Positions 14,978-22,022 of a stretch of DNA of 32,000 nucleotides are shown here, in pieces. Under the pieces are notes generated by a model. It did not search any database. It worked only from the letters and a program-made list of their open reading frames with translations, and was not told the origin of the DNA. The stretch lies in the NCBI RefSeq assembly GCF_022430545.2, contig NZ_CP092488.2, forward strand, positions 1,778,784 to 1,810,783. Direction: 5' to 3'. Source of the DNA: Mycobacterium paraterrae. Lineage in GTDB: Bacteria; Actinomycetota; Actinomycetes; Mycobacteriales; Mycobacteriaceae. The position numbers and the translations under genes are program-made. Within the stretch, counting starts at the first letter, position 1, and every line of letters begins with the position of its first letter.

Positions 14978-15289
14978 TTGGGGGCCTTCGTTGTCTTCAC
15001 CACAGGCAAGGCGGTAGGCGACAACGAAGTCGAGAACTACCTGCACCGTATGAAGCCCAGCTTCGAGCCATACGAAGTCATCGTCCGTGCCCCCCGCCCA
15101 CCATCTGGCAACAGCGGTCCTCACCAGCCACGAATGGTGGTCGTCGAATTTCCCACCCTCAAAGAGGCTGCTGACTGGTACGCCGGCGAGTCTTTCCATA
15201 GCATTCGCGATCCTCAATTTCGAGGAGTCATCTACAGCCAGAGTGCATTTGAATCCATCGACGGCGTTGACGGATTCGTCTACTCGTGA
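14978..15289 (+). CDS. DUF1330 domain protein (copy 1)
   Basis: 103 aa with a TTG start preceded by GAGAGGA. RMVVVEFPTLKEAADWYAGESF resembles the DUF1330 core (..EFPS.e.A..WY.SpeY). Confidence 0.65.
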   Translation: MGAFVVFTTGKAVGDNEVENYLHRMKPSFEPYEVIVRAPRPPSGNSGPHQPRMVVVEFPTLKEAADWYAGESFHSIRDPQFRGVIYSQSAFESIDGVDGFVYS

Positions 15290-15353
15290 CGGCGAAATAA
15301 GTGCCCGTCCTTCACGAATCAGCGACGGACAAAACGACAACGGAGAGGCGACA

Positions 15354-15641
15354 TTGAGCGCGTACGCAATCTTCATCCGACAGCAAACGCATGATCCCGC
15401 GTCGCTGGCCCACTACGCCGACGCAGTCGCCACTCTTCTAGAAGACCACCCAGTCAAAGTGCTTGCGTTATACGGCAAGTGCAACGTGCTCGAAGGCGAC
15501 CTTGTCGAGGGTGCGGTGATCCTCGAATTCCCCACCCTCGAAGCCGCGAAAGCCTGGTACGGCAGCGCCGCCTACGCGCAGATACTCCCTCTTCGCCTCG
15601 ACGGCGCGACGTACTCTAGCTTCATCGTAGAAGGTATCTAG
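15354..15641 (+). CDS. DUF1330 domain protein (copy 2)
   Basis: 95 aa from the TTG at 15354, with a GGAGAGG RBS at 15342-15348. AYAIFIRQ..., GAVILEFPTLEAAKAWYGSAAYAQILPLR and the FIVEGI end are a classic DUF1330 pattern. The ORF-track start at 15087 overlaps copy 1 and is rejected. Confidence 0.75.
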   Translation: MSAYAIFIRQQTHDPASLAHYADAVATLLEDHPVKVLALYGKCNVLEGDLVEGAVILEFPTLEAAKAWYGSAAYAQILPLRLDGATYSSFIVEGI

Positions 15642-16033
15642 GGCAGATTTCCCTTATCCGGCAACGGCCTACGCGCGTAAGGGCGCCCATCAGTTCTGCA
15701 CAGCCGCGATGGTCATCGCCACCTAATGGCCGCTAATCAGATTGACGAACCAGGGCCAAGTTGGTGCCCGCGCAGTGGTGCCCGCCGCGGGATCATCGGC
15801 GTGAACGACGATCATGCGGCGGAATCGGCAAGCAGACAGGGCGGCCAAGCACCGATCGCGGGCGATGAGAGTTTCGCCGGCTGACCAAGTGCGGCGCACA
15901 GCGAACTCGTACTGGAGTGAATTTGCCGGGTCGCAGGATGATTCACGATGCGGCCGGCGTTGTTGACCGATGCATGTCAACAACCGGCGGATCTCTGACC
16001 GACTCGCCGCAGCAAAGAAGGAATTGCGATGCG

Positions 16034-16294
16034 ATGACGATCGAAGGGCGTTCGACTGCAGAAGAGACTGACATTGGCGAACCGAGTTGTGCGGTGTTGC
16101 TAGCAGGACTTTGGCGACTGGTCGATGGCGAGTTCGACACGGCGACATGCACACGGCCACATCACCATCTGGTCCGATGCTCGGAATGCCGCGCTCAACG
16201 TAGCCTGGCAGTGCGCTTTAAAGCGTTGATCGCCAGTCGATGTCGCCCAGAGCCGCGACCGCCGAACCTGCCGCCGCTCAGTTTGCCGCGATAG
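16034..16294 (+). CDS. ZAS-family anti-sigma factor, RshA/RsrA-like (mycothiol-system anti-sigma-R type)
   Basis: 86 aa from the ATG at 16034. CAVLLAGLWRLVDGEFDTATCTRPHHHLVRCSECRAQRSLAVRFKALIASRC aligns by eye with M. tuberculosis RshA (CAEVIAEVWTLLDGEC...RRHLEACPGCLRHYGLEERIKALIGTKC). This includes the H-x3-C-x2-C zinc motif and the upstream Cys. Confidence 0.7.
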   Translation: MTIEGRSTAEETDIGEPSCAVLLAGLWRLVDGEFDTATCTRPHHHLVRCSECRAQRSLAVRFKALIASRCRPEPRPPNLPPLSLPR

Positions 16295-16554
16295 ACCATG
16301 ATCGGATCGGTGATGCCTGATTCTCAACGGTATTCGGCTCCATCGACAGCTCGGCGCGTCCAGCCAGACGTTTCGCGTAATGCGATCGAAAGCGTCGTCC
16401 TGGGCGACATGGGTGAGGAACCGACCGGCTTGATTTTTTGGTAGCGCCTGCGGCTGTTGGCTTCTTAGCATGCGAGAGGCGTGCTTGCGGTGCGCCGTCG
16501 GGTAAGTTCTCGCGGTCGGTTTGACGCCACTGCGGGTTGTCTGGTGGAGGATGG

Positions 16555-17004
16555 ATGGTTCGTCGTGTCGTAGCGGTGATCTCGTTAATCGTCAGTATTG
16601 CAGCGGTATTCGCTGTTCCGGCCTGGGGCGATTCGACTGAGGACTTCCCGATTCCGCGTCGGATGATCGTGACGTCGTGTGACGCCGAGCAGTATCTGGC
16701 TGGCGCCCGTGATACAAGCCCGGTGTATTTTGATCGTTACATGGTTGATAAGAGCCACCGTCCTGTCGATGTACAGCAGGCCGCGATCGACCGGATCCAC
16801 TGGTTTTTCTCTCTCGATCCCGCGGGTAGGCGCCAGTATTCCGAGGACACCGCCACCAACATCTATTACGAGCAGGTGGCGACACGATGGGGCAATTGGG
16901 CCAAGATCTTTTTCAACAACAAAGGCGTCGTCGCGAAGGCCACCGAGGTGTGCATGAACTACCCGCGCGGGGACATGTCGGTGTGGAATTGGCTAAGTCA
17001 GTAG
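16555..17004 (+). CDS. Secreted protein of unknown function (Sec signal peptide, two Cys)
   Basis: [25 protein letters not shown]|DSTEDF is a signal peptide with an AxA-like cleavage site. The mature part has Cys in VTSCDAEQY and EVCMNYP. GGAGGA lies just upstream of the ATG at 16555, and the TTG at 16537 is an alternative start. Confidence 0.7.
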   Translation: MVRRVVAVISLIVSIAAVFAVPAWGDSTEDFPIPRRMIVTSCDAEQYLAGARDTSPVYFDRYMVDKSHRPVDVQQAAIDRIHWFFSLDPAGRRQYSEDTATNIYYEQVATRWGNWAKIFFNNKGVVAKATEVCMNYPRGDMSVWNWLSQ

Positions 17005-17011
17005 TTCACCA

Positions 17012-17437
17012 ATGAGCGAAAAGATCGAACTCCCCTTGCCCGGCCTGCCCGGCCTCCTGCAGATGCAAATGCGCCGCGCCGGGTCTGATGCGTCGGTTGA
17101 GATCCAGGGCTCGATGGTGGTGCGTGACGAACACTTAGCGCCGTCGGGGTATCTGCACGGGGGAACGGTTGTCGCCCTTGCGGACACAGCGTGCGGTTAC
17201 GGTTGCCTTGGTTCGCTTCCCGTTGGTAGGACTGGTTTCGTCACGATCGAACTCAAGGCAAATTTCTTGGGTACCGCGCGGGTCGGGGACACTGTGGAAG
17301 TCCACGCCTCCGCCGTGCATCGTGGCGGGAGCACACAGATCTGGGACGCGAATGTCTCCCGTCGGCGGCCCGGGCGAGACATGGCGGCCGCCATCGCAAT
17401 TTTTCGGTGCACCCAGTTGCTCCTGGAGCCTCGTTAA
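17012..17437 (+). CDS. PaaI-family hotdog-fold thioesterase
   Basis: 141 aa. SGYLHGGTVVALADTACGYG, then ELKANFLGTARVGD and GGSTQIWDANV, match the PaaI/YbdB thioesterase pattern. Confidence 0.85.
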   Translation: MSEKIELPLPGLPGLLQMQMRRAGSDASVEIQGSMVVRDEHLAPSGYLHGGTVVALADTACGYGCLGSLPVGRTGFVTIELKANFLGTARVGDTVEVHASAVHRGGSTQIWDANVSRRRPGRDMAAAIAIFRCTQLLLEPR

Positions 17438-17713
17438 GGTAGCGCAACTCGGAATCCGGGTGGGTAAGTCGATTTCGATATCGTGGTTAAGCGCCCTCAC
17501 AGCGTGGTGCGGTCTGGATGACGCCGCAAGGGCGGCCGAGGATGGCTCGGTATCGCATTTCACGGTGCACCGACGGGTTTGGGGCGGGGGCTTGATCTGG
17601 AAACACAAGACTGGCCCGCGCCGCGTGCGTGTTGATCGGCTTCATGCGGAGGGCGTAGCGGCGTCGGCGACCTGGCGGACCGTGACGTCGCGGCTTGGGC
17701 GAGGTGTAGGAGC

Positions 17714-18595
17714 TCAAGGTAGTGCCGCGCGGTTGAAGTGCCAGGTGTGCGGCGGGCGCCTTACCAGGGGGTGAGGCGGTGTGGGCGGCTGGAACGCGGC
17801 GACGTCGCCAGTGGCGATGACGACGACGCGCCCCGTGTCGTTGTGATAAACCCGCACCTCAGCGTGAGGGTCGGCGGCGTCTAGGTGGTCGAGCAGTTCG
17901 GTCTGTGTCCACTGGCGAAGTTCATCAATGGCGTTGTCTGCGACGGCTTCCCACATCATCGTGTCCGGTGAGTGAGAGCCGTCGTGGTCGGCAGGCGCAG
18001 AGGTAGAGCGGTGCTTATTGCTACGGGGGTCGTGCGGTAGTCCGGTCCAGCGTTTGTCGTAAATGACGTTCAACCCGAGTTGGTCGATGGCGCGCACCGT
18101 GATGTGGTGGATCATGTCGTCCAAGCTGTCGGGGTGATGATAGAACGCGGGCATCGGTGGGCAGATGGAAACGCCGAGCCGGGCAAGTTCGAGCATGTTG
18201 TCCAGATGGATTGCGTTGAGCGGTGTTTCGCGTGGCAGCAGTACCAGGTTGCGGCGTTCCTTGAGGATCACGTCGGCGGCGCGAGTGATGAGGTTGTCGG
18301 CCAGACCATGTCGTATCGCCGCGAGGGTACGCATTGAGCAGGGAGCGACGATCATTGCCTCGACGCGAAACGATCCTGACGACACCGCGGCACCCTGGTC
18401 GCCCTCGCTATAGGTCACGTCGGCCAGTGACTGTACATACTTGGCGCTGTAGCCGGTTTCGGCGTTGATATTCATCCGTGCCCACCGCGACATGATCAAA
18501 TGTGTTTCAACGTCGGGGATTTCTCCGAGCCTTTCGAGCAGCCGTATCCCGAAGATCGCTCCGGTAGCACCGGTGATCGCGACTATTACGCGCAC
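17714..18595 (-). CDS. ubiX: UbiX-family flavin prenyltransferase (prFMN synthase) with a ~108-aa C-terminal extension
   Basis: N-terminal ~185 aa are canonical UbiX/Pad1: MRVIVAITGATGAIFGIRLLE, MIVAPCSMRTLAAI, VLLPRETPL. Residues 186-293 continue in frame with good third-position GC and no UbiX similarity. GTG start preceded by GTGAGG. Confidence 0.88.
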   Translation of the reverse strand: MRVIVAITGATGAIFGIRLLERLGEIPDVETHLIMSRWARMNINAETGYSAKYVQSLADVTYSEGDQGAAVSSGSFRVEAMIVAPCSMRTLAAIRHGLADNLITRAADVILKERRNLVLLPRETPLNAIHLDNMLELARLGVSICPPMPAFYHHPDSLDDMIHHITVRAIDQLGLNVIYDKRWTGLPHDPRSNKHRSTSAPADHDGSHSPDTMMWEAVADNAIDELRQWTQTELLDHLDAADPHAEVRVYHNDTGRVVVIATGDVAAFQPPTPPHPLVRRPPHTWHFNRAALP

Positions 18596-18749
18596 GACAA
18601 CCTCACGGTTTCATCGAGCGGGAGGATATGGCGGCGCGGAGCTATGGCCGTGTAGTCATGCTGTGTCGCAGTATTGCGGTGTAGGGCCGGGCTCGGTGAC
18701 GGGCCCGGCCCGGCCGGGGCTTGTGAGGCTTGAGGGTGCCCGGTGCGCG

Positions 18750-20300
18750 TCACGATGGGGCGGGGTATCCGTAGGTGGTCCACTTGCCGAGGACCTTGTG
18801 GCGCAGTTCAGCGGGAAAGTTATGCCAGAAGTCAGCTTTGACAGGCCGGTCCTGTTCGGTCCATTCGTCACGGTGTAATCCGACCAGGATGGCCTTGGCG
18901 GCGCTCATAGATCGTTTTTCGGTGCTCGTGAGGTACACGATGAGCGGTACGGCGACCTGATCGTGGATGAAGATGGTGTCGTCGACTGGATGGACGCGGG
19001 TGGATAGCGCCCACAAAACGTCGCCATCGTCGGTAGGGTCAACGTCGTCTTCGACCACGAGGATCCGAGGCGCGACCATTCCGGGCTTGGTTCCCATCAC
19101 GTGAAGGCCGAGCTTGTGGGCGAATTCGTGACGCGAGGTGATTCCCGATAGTTCGCGCCAGTTGATTGGCACGGTGATCACCAGGAGGTGGTTGGCGCCT
19201 TGGAATGGCAGATACACACCGGTGACGGGAAAGTCGTGCTTGCGCAAGTCGGCCAACATGACTGCGGAATTGCTGATGCCCCAGACGGTGTGGTCTTCCT
19301 CAGCGGGGTAGCCCGCGGCGACGACGGGCAGAATCGCGTTGTCGCGATGGCTGATTGCGGTGACGTGGTAGACCGGTTTGGCGGAGCGGCCCGCCGGGAG
19401 GAGGTAACCGGGGTACTCCGACATCGGACCTTCTAGGGCGGTCTCTTCGATGCTTACCCAGCCCTCGATGACGATCTCTGAGGAGGCGGGCACGTGCAGG
19501 TCGTTGGTGTGGGCCTTGACGACGTCGATCGGCTTTTTGAGGTAGGCACCTATTGCGCCGGCCTCGGAGATATGGTCAGGAAGTGGCGCGCCGGCGAAAT
19601 ACGGTACGACCGGCTCTTGGCCCAGTGATAAGGCGAACGGCATATTTTCGCCGCGCTCTTTCCAGACTCCGAAGATCTGCCCGAGATGTTGCATGGGTTG
19701 GAACAGCCCAACCATGGTGTTTTTGTCGCGCAACGCGATTCGGGAGATCGACCAGTTGGTCCATTCTCCGTCGGGATGTGGGGCGACGATGGTGCCGAAG
19801 GTGTTGATGAAGCGGTCACCGTCGCCGCAGTGGATTAGTGGGGTGGGCAGCGCGAACAGATCGATGTCGTCACCGGTCACGATGTTGGCTTGGAATGGGG
19901 CGTTGTCGACTATGCGCGGTGCGATGGGTGGGGCGTCGACCACGCGGGAAAGAGCTTCGACGATGTCAGTGCCGGTCGCGGTCACGGGCAGACCTAGCGC
20001 AATAGCGGCGCGGATAAGGGCGCGTCCGGGCAGTGCGCTGACCCCGCCGGGGGCGCCGAGTACCCGAAATCCTGGTTGAGAGTCGTTGATGCGGTTGAAC
20101 AGTGGCGCTGGAGCCCCGGTTTCGAGGACGTGGCGGATGATTGCGCCGATCTCAAGGTTCCAGTCGACAGGTTCGTCGATTTCGACCAGGTCGCCGTGCT
20201 CGCGCAGTGCGGTGATGAACTCACGCAGGTCTTTGAGGTGCTGAGGTGTGAAGCCCGGATCGGTATACCGGCTCGGGGCTGGTGAACCCACGTGTGTCAC
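18750..20300 (-). CDS. UbiD-family prFMN-dependent (de)carboxylase, Fdc1-like
   Basis: 516 aa with a GTG start 4 nt after GGAAGGA. LPTPLIHCGDGDRFINTFGTIVAPHPDGEWTNWSISRIAL, TNDLHVPASSEIVIEGWVSIEETALEGPMSEYPGY and FPAELRHKVLGKWTTYGY align by eye with A. niger Fdc1. The Arg (SISR) and the E-x4-E pair (EGPMSE), corresponding to the Fdc1 R173/E277/E282 catalytic set, are conserved. Confidence 0.9.
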   Translation of the reverse strand: MTHVGSPAPSRYTDPGFTPQHLKDLREFITALREHGDLVEIDEPVDWNLEIGAIIRHVLETGAPAPLFNRINDSQPGFRVLGAPGGVSALPGRALIRAAIALGLPVTATGTDIVEALSRVVDAPPIAPRIVDNAPFQANIVTGDDIDLFALPTPLIHCGDGDRFINTFGTIVAPHPDGEWTNWSISRIALRDKNTMVGLFQPMQHLGQIFGVWKERGENMPFALSLGQEPVVPYFAGAPLPDHISEAGAIGAYLKKPIDVVKAHTNDLHVPASSEIVIEGWVSIEETALEGPMSEYPGYLLPAGRSAKPVYHVTAISHRDNAILPVVAAGYPAEEDHTVWGISNSAVMLADLRKHDFPVTGVYLPFQGANHLLVITVPINWRELSGITSRHEFAHKLGLHVMGTKPGMVAPRILVVEDDVDPTDDGDVLWALSTRVHPVDDTIFIHDQVAVPLIVYLTSTEKRSMSAAKAILVGLHRDEWTEQDRPVKADFWHNFPAELRHKVLGKWTTYGYPAPS

Positions 20301-20362
20301 AGATCCTTCCTTTCTCTGTAGTTGATCATCGGCGCGCGGCGAGCAATGAAGGGTTCAGTTCG

Positions 20363-20415
20363 TCGCGAGTGCACGGGTACATCGCGAAATCGCGAGTGCT
20401 GAAGATCTCGAGTGT
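20363..20415. promoter_or_regulatory. Three direct copies of TC(G/T)CGAGTG(C/T) in the UbiD / MDR divergent intergenic region
   Basis: TCGCGAGTGC at 20363-20372 and 20390-20399, and TCTCGAGTGT at 20406-20415. An extra TCGCGA lies at 20382-20387. The array sits between the UbiD start (20300, minus strand) and the MDR start (20635, plus strand). Confidence 0.4.
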
Positions 20416-20634
20416 TCATAACAGGGCTTGTTTCCGCGGACGGCATATCCAGCGAATGCTATTCGGGGTGAATCGGTGGCGCTGTCAAGATTTTCGGCAT
20501 GCGCTGCGAAAGATGGGCGATGAAGATTGTGATAGCGCAGCGTGGGGGGGCTGGGTAGTGATGCAGGGTGTGCCGCGCGCATCAAACCGATGAGTGACGG
20601 CGTGCACAGAATCGATGTGAGGGAGGACGCGGTT

Positions 20635-21627
20635 GTGAAAGCGTGGTTGTGGGACGGGGGAGCGGGACTGGACCACTTGCATGTGCAGCAGACGGCCGAT
20701 CCTGTTCCCCAACCCGGCGAGGTTGTGCTCGAAGTGCACTACGCAGCGCTCAATCCCGCCGATCGGATGCTCGCCGAACGTCGTTACCCCTATCCGGTCG
20801 ATCCGCCGCTGCCGCACGTGCTGGGCCGCGATGGCGTTGGCACCGTCATTGCCGTCGGTGACGGCGTGACTGATGTGTCGGTGGGCGAGCGGCGCGTCAT
20901 TCTGCGTGGCGACACCGGCGTCAATCGGTGGGGCACGTTCGCCGAACAGGTGGCGCTGTCAGCGAGCACCCTTGTCGAGATTCCCGAGGGCTGGACTGAA
21001 GAACAAGCGGCGGGAGCGACGTTGGTGTATCTGTCGGCTTATCACGCCCTGACCATGTGGGAGCCGCTCAAGGAGCACTCGGTCGTGCTGGTCACTGGTG
21101 CCTCTGGCGGGGTGGGCTTGGCCGCCGTGCAGTTAGCCGTCGCGATGGGCCATACGGTGGTGGCGCTGACCCGCAGCGAGGACAAACAGCGCCGACTCCG
21201 CGAGGTGGGCGCTGCTTATGCGTTTAATCCCAATGACCCGCAGTGGGTTTCCCTTGCCGAAGACGCGCTAGGCGGACGCGGGGTCGATTTGGCGGTTGAG
21301 ACGATCGGCGGCCCGCTGTTCCCCCAAGTCATCGAAACCATGGGCGAGCTGGGTCGGCTCAGCCTAGTCGGCGAACTCGGCGGCCCAGTGCCCAATTTCT
21401 ACACCGGGACGTTGTTTTCGCGACGTCTCAGGATCGGCGCCATGGCACTAGCCGGCTACACCTCCGAACAACATCACACGGCCTGGCGCGAACTGCTGGC
21501 AGTGCTGGCGGCCTCGTCGGCCCGCCCCCTCATCGATCGAGTATTTCCGTTCGACCAACTCGTGGATGCCTTCGCACGCCTCGCCGAAGGCCCGTTGGGC
21601 AAGGTGGTCGTCAATATCAAGGCTTGA
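20635..21627 (+). CDS. Medium-chain dehydrogenase/reductase (quinone oxidoreductase / zinc-type ADH-like)
   Basis: VKAWLWDG..., GEVVLEVHYAALNPADR, VLGRDGVGTVIAVG and the cofactor loop VLVTGASGGVGLAAVQLA. The GTG at 20635 is preceded by GGGAGGA, and the ATG at 20590 is an alternative start. Confidence 0.85.
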   Translation: MKAWLWDGGAGLDHLHVQQTADPVPQPGEVVLEVHYAALNPADRMLAERRYPYPVDPPLPHVLGRDGVGTVIAVGDGVTDVSVGERRVILRGDTGVNRWGTFAEQVALSASTLVEIPEGWTEEQAAGATLVYLSAYHALTMWEPLKEHSVVLVTGASGGVGLAAVQLAVAMGHTVVALTRSEDKQRRLREVGAAYAFNPNDPQWVSLAEDALGGRGVDLAVETIGGPLFPQVIETMGELGRLSLVGELGGPVPNFYTGTLFSRRLRIGAMALAGYTSEQHHTAWRELLAVLAASSARPLIDRVFPFDQLVDAFARLAEGPLGKVVVNIKA

Positions 21628-22022
21628 CCATGCCGTGATACGTGAAAGGTGACGGCGCCGATTGACGCCACGGCATGAAAGCAGTTGTCGGCGTTGATGG
21701 TTGGTGATCCAAGATCGTCAGGATTTTCGCTGACGGTGACCGGGTTCTGTGCAGGGAGTATTCAGCCCGCCATGGCTGAGCCATACAGCCACGGCACCGA
21801 TCGACATCGCCCTGGTCGACGGCGCGAGCGGTCGTAGCCAAGATAGATGTCGATGCTAATTCCATGACTGCCAGTGATTTTCAGGTACTGCGATTGCCAC
21901 GCTGTCGCGGGTATCGATGAGATTGGAGCTGATGCGATCGAGAGGTGTGGGCATGTTTCGCCGATGCAATTCAGAGTCCGCGATCACCGCGGCGCTTTTG
22001 ACGCGGTGAGAGGGTTCGGTGG

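Noticed and set aside
15723-16160. 145-aa minus-strand ORF overlapping the anti-sigma factor call.
   Set aside because: The plus-strand frame gives a near-complete RshA-like ZAS protein, whereas the minus-strand product has no motifs and is Arg/Cys/Ser-rich.
21629-21677. 9-bp inverted repeat CATGCCGTG...CACGGCATG straddling the MDR stop, a possible terminator in the 395-bp MDR/car convergent gap. The small ORFs 21617-21865 (-) and 21874-22098 (+) lie in the same gap.
   Set aside because: The loop is 31 nt and there is no U-tract, so it is weak as an intrinsic terminator. The ORFs have no motifs and one overlaps the car 3' end.
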